Assembly (NCBI GenBank): GCA_040954595.2
Contig: CM082581.2
Span: 11,406,286 to 11,470,285 of the forward strand
DNA: 64,000 nucleotides
Origin: Balanoglossus misakiensis
Taxonomy: Eukaryota > Animalia > Hemichordata
Direction of reading: 5' to 3'
Part shown: piece by piece, positions 51,101-64,000 of the stretch
Layout of the letters: each line of letters begins with the position of its first letter
Position numbering within the stretch: the first letter of the stretch is position 1
The notes under the pieces: model-generated
Databases searched by the model: none
What the model saw: only the letters and a program-made list of their open reading frames with translations
What the model was told of the DNA's origin: nothing
Position numbers and translations under genes: made by a program

Positions 51101-54100
51101 GCTTCGCTGAAAACAGCTATGATTCGGGTGATGGCAGGTTATGTGTGCTATATAAAAATTTTGAAACTTACAGCAGAAAATGTCCACAATCCGACGAAGC
51201 AAGTGTTGGCAGTCTCTGATTCGGCGATGGCCTTATGGCGGGCGATGCTTGACGGCTACACAAACCTAAGAGCTGAAGAGCAGGCAGCCTGGTTCTAATT
51301 CAACAGTCCATAAACACACGTTGAGTGGCGACGACTTGTAGTTAAAGGAAATGTCCAATTCGACTGATGTCAGGCTGACTGAGAGATTACAGGTCTAACA
51401 ACAGAGAGCTACCATGAGCTATCTGAACTCGAGTAGAAACTGGGACGACGAGATGAGCATGAAACGCCCGCCTTTTGTGACGCCAAGCTTTGTTGCAAAG
51501 ATGTTTTCCCCTCTGGGATACACACTTTCGACCTTAAAGCTGATTGGTCGATCGATGACAAACAACAGATGCAGCATTTACTATATGCTGATTCATTTCA
51601 CCAGGTCAGGGGTCATTATCTTAGATGGTGAACAATGAAGTTTCAGTATACTATCAGACAATCAAACAAAAATCTTGAAAGTCCTACTTTTTATTAGGCA
51701 TTATTAGCCTAGAGACAATTGATTTCTTTAAAACATTCAATTTCACCGAGAAGCTGTATTAGTGAGGCGTTTAATTAGTTAACATCATCCATCGCGGTAA
51801 AATGTCATTTAATAGTAATTAATGTATCATTTAAAGCGTTTTATTTATAAAAAAACAAGGAGAATATAAAAGCAAATTCTCTTGTCCACACATTTTAAGA
51901 ACGCAAATTTCTCTTTGTGGGTAGTGTGTCGACACATCTAGGAAGATGTTTACAAGGCACAGCAGAACACATCATTCTGACTCAGACGCTGCAGCTGCAT
52001 ATGAGAACATGCTGACAAAGTATCGTTGACAAACATTAGAACGCTTGCAATGTTTCCTCACATATCCACTCTTCCATTTTGACAAATAAAAACAGTGTTG
52101 TTTCAGTTTTGTAGCGGAATAGTTAAGTTCTACTCACTGGAAAGATTTCAAATGAAAGTTAATGAAACGATTGACAACTAAACACCCCCTAAAGTATACG
52201 TGACGTGTACTGGTGACGTGTGTTGGCTATTAGTGAATAATTAGAACTCTTACAGATTCGTCATTATGATCGTTGTCAGGGCCGTCAATTGTTAACTGGC
52301 CAATTTGCTCCACGTAGGACACATCTGTGTCTAAGAATATCTACACGCTCATGTTATATTTCTTTATCCAGACGTAGTAGACCTAATTAGCAAACCTTCA
52401 CCACTGTCGCCGGTAGGGAGAACTACGGCACTATGCGGATAAAGGCAATGCTACGTTAAAATTACTTCTGTCTCTCTCCATTTAAATAATTTAATTCAAT
52501 GCACTGTTTCATAGAACTTGGATTGAATGACAGAGGGGTTGATTTTCTGAAGTGTGATTACCATCAAAGTAAAATTAATTATTTAATCGAATTTACTTTT
52601 CTTTATGTCATTTTTAATTGAAGGAACTTGACAATGAATGTACAATTCTTCGACAAGAACTCCATTTGGTGTGATTCTCACTTCTGTAATACTGCAACGA
52701 AATAGAATCTCTACTCAATAAAAAAAAACTCTATCAGGTGAAACTATCAATCGATTGCGCAAATACATCGCAGCTAATTACCCACGATATAATCCTCTTC
52801 ATCTGAATGTAGATTTGAAGATTGAGCTTTACACATTGGTTTGATGATTTGCAAAGCATGTCATAACTCTTTCCAGTTAGAATTTTTCCAATATCACACT
52901 TGATTGATCTCAATAGTTTCGTAAACCTTGTCGTATTAAATAGCGATGATAAATTTGTGGTCATATGGTGTGAGAAGCGCTCAGTTGAACTTCGGCTGGT
53001 ACCAGAGTGAAACGGTGTTGATGAGATTCTTATTGATTTTGAGAATACGGCCTGAAGATGGACTTCCGGCTAAAATACAAAGAAGTGATGTCAGGTGTTT
53101 CGAAAACAGTAATCTGATTCCACCTCACACACTCCACCCCCCCCCCCCACCACATATCAATCTCCAATTCAAAACAGATAGCAGTCCCATTCCGAAGACA
53201 CGTAACTGATACAATCAGCGTTCACCTGTCTAAGACTGTGCTATATTTCAGAGCTACTGCTGCTTATGACAGCTGCCAAAAAAGCGTTTGAATGTAGAAA
53301 CAGGTATTTTTCTACAATAAACCCCGATTTATCAGTTTACAAGTTTGGTAGGTGGCCATGGCATGAACTACATGCTCCTGCTTAGTAAATAACAATCTCA
53401 AAAAAAAATTCATGTGAATATAAAAAGTTCCATTAATAATTATTCAGGCGCCTCATCTATTTCATCATCGCAATCGTGTTCACAGCAACTACCACCGCTA
53501 ATACAATCTTTACTGAACGCGACTGGAATGTTAATGTAATACCAAAATCAATATGGACGACACATGATTATGATTACTGTATTCAGAAGGTATTTTTGCC
53601 GCTGTGCATGTCATATGTATTGATAAGTTAACATTCGCGGCTGTAGCAGAGACAAAATTGCTCAAGTCAAACCTTAATAATAAAGACACTCAGAGTTGAT
53701 ATCAGGCAATTTTGTCAAAATTGGCAGAAAGACAAAATTGTATATGCTCTTATAGATCTTGTGGCTGGAAATAATCTAAAACAAGCTGGATTTCGTGGAA
53801 ATGGCGCTTTTTAGTATACAACTGAGAAAGACCACTCAAATTTGTCAACCTTGTTCCTGACCGGAAAAGAGGAATATTCGATAGTGAAAACGATCATTTG
53901 TGTGGCCATTAAAGACAAACCTTCCTTCATTGGCCTTCAATTACATTTGAAAGTAATGATATAGTTTCGCAGCAATAAGCTTAAATGGCCTGTATACATG
54001 AAGTAGCATGCATTCGCAAAATTGATGTTATCACTCGGTCGCTCAGTTGTAGTTAGCATTCGCTGTGCGCACTATCTTATTCAACCGATTTTTTTGCATT

Positions 54101-57100
54101 CAAATGTAAATTGGAACACTCGTGTGGTTAATATCGGCAGGACACCTTAGAAGCACGCCTCAGCTCATTTATGATATACGCGTATATCCGTTCGTGGACT
54201 TCTCGCTGCGAATGGTCAACCCCATTGAAGTTTTGCTGGTGTAGTTATTACTGTGATGAAAAAAAATGCACCCCTGGTAGCAACAGTGATTGCAGTTAGA
54301 ATAACCTCATTGAATTATTTGTACTTTCAGTCACCGTTCGTAAGTAGTGCGTTATCGAATATGGGCAACATCTACTTTAGGGCATATTTTCACATCCCTG
54401 TTTGTCTCACAACAGATGCTGACCCAATTTAAATTTGTTTTGATATTTCAAACAAGACTGGTCGAACATGTTGAATATTAAAACCTGTTTATGTACCGCA
54501 ATAAATTTGTCAAAAATCTATGCGCTGCCATGCCCTAAAAATAGGCACGTTAGTTTTGTTGTGTATCAATAGAACATTCTCGGTTGATGGAAATTTCACA
54601 CCAATGATGACGTACGTCCATTCCGCTTTTTAATATAACACATACACTCAGTGGATAAATATAAAACATGTAGGCAGAATTACGTACTCAATTTCTACAG
54701 TCGCCCAATCGACATAATTGGTATAGCAATATAAATGCCAATATTTTCAATGGGAGGATATGTTGATGAGCCAATTTCCACATGTATAATCATTTTAAGA
54801 AGATTTCAGTCAATTGAAGCCCTTTTTTTATATATACACTGATAAAGATACTAAAGAAGGTACACTTTTAAGAGTGTTCCCTGTTCAACGTCAAATATGC
54901 CAACGTCACAATATCAAACTTGAGAGGGTGGTACAGAAGCTTATCGATGAAAGGCACTGCGCAACTAAGTCATACCATGATTCTGTCTGAATATCTTATG
55001 AGGGATTCAAAAGGGCATTTAAGATCACTGCTCGACAAACATGATTGTTCCTGTTTTGCAGACTGTCGCTGAAAAGACACGTGTATGTCTGGTTACTAAC
55101 AACACTTTGATCACGCGTTATGAAGCCTTATAGTCAGAAAATGGTTGCTTAATATGTAATGCCTGATCAGCACAGATGCTTCACAAGATCAGACTAGTCT
55201 GAGATCAAAGCTAGTCAAACTCTCACTATAAATGAAACCCCGTAGCATGAAACACCCTATAATAGAGGCCAATATAGCCATGCATTTCAATTAATTTTTA
55301 GGGAAATCAATCAAAGTTTGCGTTGATTAAGGTTCTTTGAAAATCTTCTTGAAAAATCATAAGATGATGAAAATATGCAATATTAAATGGGTTATGCTAT
55401 GACACATGCTCATTTTACCTTGTCCTTTTCCATAAAATTAGACACGTGACACTTTGCAACCACATCTACTGATACAGAAAAATGAATTTACGCCAACGAG
55501 ATTTTTTTTCTATTTATAGAATGATTTGACACGGTATGACGTGCCCTCGATATGCTGGGTATTGTTGAAGTTAAGATCTCTGCCCTCACCATGAAGAGAT
55601 GCCTAAAGCAAAACACAAAATGAACAAACATATCCTGGGCGACCTTATAAAGCTTTGAGAAGCCCAGGTTATTATACTTGTAGTAATTTACCTTTGGCAT
55701 GGATCACACTGATACAAGACCCCGTAAAGGGCAAAGTATTATTTCGTCACTGAGGAGTATGCACAACCGCTATAAAATTGATGAAATCTCTTACTTTGTT
55801 GATGCCTGTTTGAATATTAGCATTATTAATAAAAGTTCAAAATGATAATATGCACGCAGTGATTTGAAAGAGAATATTCCGAAGTAACGAAGACTATTAC
55901 ATGAAATGTTTAACTCAATACTCGTGCATCTTCCTGTGTGTATTTTCTGGTTTAACTCTCCACCCATTAAAGTAGGAATAATAAAAAAAGCCAATTTGGC
56001 TAAAATTGTGAAATCTCGTTGCTATGAACAGTGGAATGCTCCTTGTACTTTCAAAACCACAAAACTATAAGACAAAGAACACAGGGACTAGATACACTTT
56101 CTGCTTACTCGTGAATTGTCATCAACATTGAATCATGAGTTTCGTGCGTTATTGTTAATCTATTACGTACAGCTAAGTTCGAATCCAATTACATTCTATG
56201 GGTATAAGCAACGCTTGACGTTGCCTTTGGGCATTACGTGCTGAAATGTTCCCCAAGTACAAATTAAAATAATGATACATCCTCGGACATTCACCCGATT
56301 CATCTAGGATGTTTTATCCCGGCTAAAATCGCCATGTTCAGTGCACCTTGAATTTGAACGACCGGGCAAGTTTGGTATGAAAAACTTCAGTCTTTCCCTT
56401 GAGTACATCAAGTAGAGTTATTTGCAGTTATGTATTCCTGGTAAGATTTTTTCAGATGACACCAAATATTATACAACATACAGTTTGAACCCATTTGGCC
56501 CTATTTAAAGATCATTTGCCTCTTGGCAAACGTTATTACTTTTTTTAAATGCGATATAGAAATGTATAGTTTGGAAATAGGTGGAATTGACTAATAATAT
56601 ATGCAATCATATAAAACAGCATCGGACAGTCAAATTTATTGAATGAAGGATCTTAATGGCCAAACATGATATTAATGTTCATTGCACAATCTGATTATCT
56701 CATACAAATCACTCTGAATTCGATGTAACAGCTACAGAGGACTAGGAACTTAAACTAATTATTAGGAAATATTGTGTTGATGTAGAAAATTGGTTTTTCT
56801 AAAGGTCAAAGTGGACATCTGACAAAGATTCTCCAAGATGCTTGTCAATCTAGAGACCCGGATGAACCTGAGCGAACAATATTCGTGTGAGTGACAAGTT
56901 TTGAAAGAGAAATTTGATTTCAATGCACGTAATACTAACTTCCATCTGATACATTTGTACAACTTTCGTTCTGCGTATTGCAATAAACCTAGAGGGTGAT
57001 TAATACGTGTATTCCTTGCCTTAACTCCGTCTCTCGAAATATTAGAATGGTCACGAAGCTGGTGCACAAATACAATGTCGATAAATGTATACACAGTACA

Positions 57101-60100
57101 TGCACCGTGAGGAAATACGAATGGCTTCTAATTGAGAATTCGTTGAATAACAGTTTCGAGAAAAATTTATAAAATACGAAAAGTGCTGTGTTACTATTAT
57201 TTAGGTGAGGTTTTAGGCAAGGCTTTTTTCCTTTCAAGTGACTGAAAACTACAAAATGCAGAGATATGCTGAAACCTCACTGCAAATTCTGCTGTGGTTA
57301 TGGCTCAAAATAACACCATTAGCGATATAGTATTTTGACGTACAATCCAGGGGGTATTCGAGATATGCACTTACGAAAATGCATACAAGTTTCTTATTAT
57401 ATTTCCGTTGAACCTTGGGCATATCATGCATTTCGGATATTAAAGCCTTTCAGCACTCGTAGTTATTTTGAAATTTTGAGCGCTAATTAGCATAATCAAA
57501 TTGTCATGCTCGGCACATCTAATGAATGTAAATGGAAAGTGTGTTCCGTCATTATGATTTATGTCGCAAGGTGACATCGTTCGTACTTTAAAACGAAAGA
57601 TCTGAACTTTTTTGGTATAAACTATATCCGTTGCTGTATAACTTGTAAACAGTGAAATAATGTCTGCTCAGAATATCCGTTGCAAGTGTCGGGCCCTTCC
57701 TGCTAAGCTACAGGCTCATCGGACTGAAAACAAATGTTAACTCCAATACGAACATTGTTTTTTTTTTCGACTCTGTACTTCGTAGTTTGTTGGTTGTGGT
57801 TGGGCAATATTATATATATTTTTCAGATGCACATAGTGCACTCATAGTCCAATGACACCAAATGAAAGTAGAACAGTTTGCTCTCTTATCAATGCGACAT
57901 ACAGGATAATGCGAAATGGGACCAATAATAGGTACATGTACTTTCATGGGCAGGTCAGTTAATCAACACATCCAATCTCTTATCGAAATCTTATCGCCAC
58001 GTGCGTTGAACTAAATGTCTTTTTTTATATAAAATTCTCAATAGCAGGCGTGACAGGCTTTTAATTTCGACATGATCAGATCTGTCGGTGATATGCACAG
58101 CATACAATGTAGGTTGTCAAAGTGATTGAATAGTACGTGAAATGGACAGGCTTAGATCGTTAACAAAATAGTATTAACGCTGCAGTAAACATTGCCGCAG
58201 TGAGATGTTTCTCTTATTGACAGTCTTTATACAAGAGAGCTAATTTTCTCTTCACCACTTATTTTAGACTTCCAAATTGAATCTTAGAGCACTAGGCTAT
58301 ACATCTGCCTTAGGCTTTTGCAATTGTCGAGATAAACAGTCGTATAATTCGTCAAGAATTCCGAACAAATCAAATCAGTGTGACAGATCACTTAATTAAT
58401 ATCACTATAAATGAATACATAGCGTTATGCAACATTTGGCAAAAAATATTTGCACTCAGCTTTTAAGTGTCGACAGAAAAGATTCATTCTGACACAATAT
58501 TGACTTATTTCCTCGAAACCTAAGGCTGCTGCTTGATTTACGTGACGAACGTTAGTCTACATTTGGTGAGTTAACGTCATCACGGTATGTACCCTTATTG
58601 CGCAACGTCACGCGTGACGCGTGCTTATACGGACATAACGAATGCCACAGCTCTGATCTCAAATACACACACACAACCCACGACAAACTCGAACACACAC
58701 AGACACCCACACACGAATACATCTATGCACAAGTAACCTGTTATGTTTGACGGATTTTGACCTGTACGAACTTGTCTACTTTATGTAAAACGCTGCCACA
58801 TAACACATGCCGAAAGGTCATTTTACGGTAGAGTTACTTTAGCAGTAGTCATTTATATCATGATAGTAACAGGAGTGCGTGATACACATTACTGCATGGA
58901 AACGCGAATCCAGCTTCTCGGATCAAAATCAGGTGTGTGATTAATCCACACTTTGTTACAAAGAAGCAATTCGAGGGAAAATTGGCGAGGGGAGACCTGA
59001 TTCTGTTTATAAAGAATATCATGCTTTGGATGGATTTGCATGTAATAGCAACGACACTTCACAAATAACCAACTTCTTCCGGGTAGAGATTTATAGTCAT
59101 TCCGACTAGAGCCCGGATCAAACCGTTGTACATGCGAAAGGCGTTCAAAAGTATAGCAGGGAGGAGCAGGTGGTTGTAGCAAGAGCATTGATTTGGATGG
59201 ACAAATGGTTTCAACTTCTCATTTGCTGGTGACACACTAAAAGAAACCATTTCTGTAAGATCGGTGGGAGGAGAAGAATTCCAAACCGTCGTTTCGCTTT
59301 TCTATAGCCCAGGCTTTCAACAAAATTCTAATCACGCGAAAATACGTCAGTAGACGACCTGCCTTTTAAGCTGTAGATTCAATCGTGATTGCAAGTGCAA
59401 AATCTCATTTCAAACGTTGATGATGACGTCATCGGGGCGACAGATTTGCCCGAAGGTTGAAAGAAAATAATGTTAAAACACGAATGATAAGCGTTTCCCG
59501 ATTAATATCTTAGATGGAAGATAACTTCGCGCTTACATAATGCTTCTTTTTGTCAGAAACGCAATATCATCTCGGACACATTCAATATTATCGTTTCCAC
59601 TGACAATACGTCATGAGAGGCAATTTTAACCGAACAACATGCCCGTATTTGTTTAACTATATCAAGAATCTGACATCGGTAATTGTTTCTTGACTTGTAA
59701 ATAAAAGCGAAGAGTAAGCGATTATGAGCAGTGTAGAATAACATGCTGAAGCCACATGTGTACAAAGCTCAGATAATTTTCCAAAGGAGTTACCGTTTAA
59801 ATAGAAAACAATAAGTTTGAACTTAGTACTTAGCGCAAGTTAGTACTTGTGAAATATGTAAATTACAAAGAAACATGGGCAGGATTGGCGATAAAGCTGT
59901 CATTATACGCTTTGTGACAAGAAAACAAATACTGGTTAACAGGATGGCTTCTTAAACAATGTAGAGTTTCTTGTTACTTATCGCTTACTCATACTCTTCG
60001 ATGAAAGGTATGTTAATACAAGAACAAAAGAGTAATCAAACCTTTGAAGAAGGATGTGTCCAAAAGGCGGTCACGGTCTTCTGTACGGCCTTAGTAACTA

Positions 60101-60791
60101 TAAAAAAAGGAGCGAAAACACGAGTAATGTTTCCCATGTAAATAGATCCCCACCTGTGATAAACTGGGTATTAACTGACACGACAACTGCCTTATGATGA
60201 TCCAATTATTGGAATCAAATAAAGTAGCATAATAATGGTAACGCTACTTAATACGTTGTCTTAATGATACATTGCAACATGTTTTATAGACGTCTTTAAC
60301 GTGAAAGCGTGAATATGCTCTTGAATCAATCCACGTGGGTTACGTATACGTTATTGTCAAAGGATCTCTCAAAAGATATATGAACCTGTTTTAACGAAAT
60401 ATGAGCATATCAGACTAGGCTGTAACTTTAGAAGGGTTTTACGTCATTTAGCTAATTTGATGGATGGTACTAAACACGCGTTAATGTAATCAAACTAATG
60501 ACGTATCCTTGGTACCCCACAGTTTAATTGGACTGAGAAGCTTATTGTATTCCGAATAAAGACCGGTACACTGAACCAGAACAGTGAAACGCGGCTGTAC
60601 CAGTTTTAGCATATGCCAGTCACAATATGCTATTGTTAAACGGGGAATCTGTCGATATCGCGTAGGGTGAAACTATAGCTACTTCGGTGCAACTGAAGGG
60701 TGCCTTTCTGAAAAGTGTGGCCATTTTCTAGAGTAGTTTGAGGGTTTTTTTCAGTCACTAGTGACTTTGATAAGTGGACATGAATACTCAC

Positions 60792-60933
60792 CTCTTACAA
60801 GCTCGACGAAGGTGGTATACTTCCCTATTCGATTGGGAGCTGTCGCTGCATGCACCACTGAGAATGATTGTACACAGGCGGCGCTTTGGGGGCATGCGCA
60901 GGAGCGTCTTAATCACCATAAGAGAATCTTCAC
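60792..60933 (-). other. Candidate 142-nt upstream (5'UTR/uORF) exon, probably of the tyramine-receptor gene
   Basis: Minus strand: gaCTAAT...cttttaatacatttcAG|gtgaag...gtaagAG|GTGAGT. Locally GC-rich, with one frame open across the exon. Confidence 0.55.
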
Positions 60934-63900
60934 CTGAAATGTATTAAAAGCGAGTAGGACCGATTAGTCTCAGTCACGTGATGCACACGGACACGGGAAC
61001 AAAGACTAACAATTGCACTTAATGTTGCCAGAATAGAGAAGAGCATTTTGTCATTACTCTTAATTTTTTAATAACTAAATAAAATATTACTCTGGTGTCG
61101 TTTCGAAAGTTACCAGTCAGATCTGCTGTGCGATCATGTGAAACATGTACAGAAGAGTACAGTCTTTACATGCTTTACCCAAACAGACACACAGCTATTT
61201 ATCTTCGCTTATTGACAGAAAGCTAAAATTTCTGACAGGGTCTTTTTTATATGTCTCATCATAATTGTAAATGGCACATAACAACAACTGCCGCTGGAGA
61301 CCAGTTGAATTGGTCACGTCTTAGTAGGTTGTTATAGGGGTTGTGTGCATTTGCACATGTCAAACGTGCGTAAGGGAACGAAAACTCTAATCAAAGTGGC
61401 CGCCAGCTTTATGATTGAGATATTTTCAACCATTTTCATTAGAGAAAAACAGTATCCTTGAATAACTATTTTCGTGTGATTACCTAGAGCTATGGAATTA
61501 TAACAACTACCAGATGGCTTTTCAGAAATAAAAGCTCAAATAAGTCAAATCATCTTCAAGTCAGTCTAATTATTGGGTGGCAATTATCAGATATTGCGTT
61601 GAAGAAAGGGACAACTTTTAAGTCATGTTTCAGCTTCGTTAGTTTCATTTCGTGACTATTGCCGCAAATTGTAGGCATATTCAACGTTTTGATGGTGCCA
61701 GAATGACATCGTTGCCCTTTGCCAAGAAAAGGGTGGTGGGCACATCTATTATGGTACGATTTAACACGATGTTTACCAGACTTTCGAAATCAGCGATGCT
61801 ATAAATCAAACTATACTCACACTAGCTGCTTTTAAACAATTACTGTCACTGACCTATCAGAGTCAGCAGTGGACACGCATACTGGGTGCTCGAATTGGAT
61901 ACTTTTGGGTCAATGTGTGGAGTGGCCGTGTTTAGGTAATAACGTTTATGTATGAGTTGAACTGATAGAGACAAACAGAATCTGCATTTCGTGTTTGCAC
62001 AGATTTTGTTGTTGGTCCATTTTGTGCAGAGTGGGATATTATCCAATCGATGCATTTGTGTTCACGTGTACAACCACGTCACGGACACATGGAAGCAGTC
62101 TGTTATAATTGGACATTATTTTGGCCATTAACCCGCTTGAACCTATCATTACAGCCATATCTTCAGGTTTTCTGATATCATCAAGGTTTAAAAATAAATT
62201 TCTTTTCAGAAAAAAAACAGGCTCCTTCAATGCTAGTTAAGATTTTGACAGACACAGCTGTGGCAGTAATGGGATTTCCGCAATGACCAATTAGAAGGTC
62301 CACTAGGATATAACCATTGTAAGTCGTGCTCATTATTTTGATACAAAGAAACAAACTACAACGGCAAATATGATTATGAAATAAACGAACATACGAGAAA
62401 TTCAAGTTAAATTTCTTAACTTTTACAACACATTCCGTCCTATGCTTGGCCCAGAGTTTCAACATTTTCTTGGACATCAAATTTTTTTTTCGATTTTATC
62501 TAGTTTGACAGAATATGGTGTAACTGGAAGCAAGATCGGAAAAACATTTTGTCCGCAGTTTTTATCATCTACAAACGGTAGAGTAATACACCGAAACGGC
62601 TACATTTACACATCCAACATAGATGTGATCATGTGACGTAGATATTAAGTATTTAGCTAATGCAGAGGAACTTGCTAAAAGGCTCTTAACTTAAAGTAAA
62701 GATCGGTATATTATCAACGTAGATTGTTTTTTCTCCACTTGAAACTGTAGCAAGTAAACACCGTTATTATTTCGACCACTTTCTTTCTCTCAAAGTCACG
62801 TATCGATGCTTGCATTGTCCGGTAAATTTCCCAAGAAGGAGTGTTCTATCTCTGTAGGGCTTTTTGCAAGACTCTTAATAAAACCGTGTTTAATCTACAA
62901 GAGTGTAATGCTAACAGACTGTGCACGATTTGGGGACTCACTTTTCATATTGATTATGACGTTGCCAAGGCGACAGTTTAATCTACTGTGTCTGTAGAGC
63001 AAGTTTAGCAATATCCGTTTCAGCAAATGGCATTCCGAATCCCATGTCGGGCGGGAATGTGTTTAAATACACATTTAAATGTTTTCGTGGATCAAGATGC
63101 ATATGCGGTCATTTGCAAAAAAAACTGTTTCACGTTTAGTTTAGTAGAATGATCATTCGGTCGGAAACGAAAATTACCGTTGCAAAAAAGTTTGAAGAAT
63201 ATACAGATAACACTTGGTTGATGTTCGCTAAAATAGTTACCATTTACAGGCGACCGCGTCGTATGTACAGCTATACTGGCCTACCATGTTACAGAATATT
63301 GCATACTTTTATGAATATCACAGAATTCACGTTAGAAAATGTTGAAGCGTTTATGTCACGTCTTCTGTAACAATGAACATGTGAGTTTAAAAATATACCT
63401 CTATCATTTATAACACACGGGTATTGCGTTACATCAAAACTTAACTCGAGTCGTAAACCAAGGATGATATACAGGAATACATAGGCCAGCCCATGTACAT
63501 GTATAGACGCACAAGAAGCGATGTGGTTTCAAGCAAAACTGTTTTGTTACCGGTAAACAACCGTAAAATAACAAGTTTTGCATGTTATGTTTTATACAAA
63601 TTAAATGGACAGGCAATAATATGGAGACTGCAGTATCAGAAGGAGGTAAGGTTGACCCGTTTTGTGATGTCACCGTATTGTGTCGTCAAGACGCCGCTGG
63701 GGCTAACTCTGAAACCACCCAACGGAATACAACGGTAAAAGTAAGTTGGTATCTTAATATGCTCAGCACGTTTACATTCACCGGTGTAATTGATGCGGCC
63801 TGCTGAGTATATACGCATGTTAAAATTCTTATGGCGACGATAGAAAAAGAACATTTTGGAACAAAACACTGCTGCATATGTGGAAGATTTTCATTTGACA

Positions 63901-63946
63901 ATAACACTGTCATGGAAACTGAGTGAAAGGGAACGGTGCATGCACA

Positions 63947-63955
63947 CCCCCCCCC

Positions 63956-63993
<38 letters not shown>
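63947..63993. repeat. Poly-C followed by (CT)n microsatellite
   Basis: Directly visible at the window end. Confidence 0.95.
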
Positions 63994-63994
<1 letters not shown>

Positions 63995-64000
63995 AGAATG

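Noticed and set aside
50583-51638. Several overlapping 60-104 aa ORFs in a slightly GC-richer block
   Set aside because: No recognisable domain or consistent splice structure.
55189-60766. 14-bp perfect palindromes at 55189 and 60753
   Set aside because: Several are expected by chance in 64 kb of AT-rich DNA.

Overview
AT-rich (roughly 38% GC by eye), gene-sparse animal genomic DNA, probably from a marine invertebrate (inference). There are no prokaryotic features such as operons, rRNA or CRISPR. Two class-A aminergic GPCR genes, each with its whole coding region in one exon, lie tail-to-tail about 14 kb apart. One is a strongly divergent D1/Dop1R1-like receptor (25568-26785, +) whose ligand pocket and activation motifs are rewired: extra Glu3.36, no TM5 serines, DRC, and IPAMY in place of NPxxY. 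The other is a canonical tyramine type-1-like receptor (40819-42126, -) whose ATG directly follows a splice acceptor. The interval between them holds structure that the ORF track does not show. It contains a chain of short minus-strand exons with near-consensus splice sites (32909-32851, 32240-32157, 30433-30286, 29940-29886) pointing antisense toward the D1-like gene. It also contains a possible decayed third GPCR (TM6-TM7 remnant) in frame with a CaaX-terminated ORF, and two TIR-bounded MITEs (TTAA/Kolobok-like and 5-bp-TSD hAT5-like). Also noted are a candidate distal 5' exon, CTCF-like and CRE motifs, a degenerate hammerhead-like core and microsatellites. Most short ORFs in the track look spurious.
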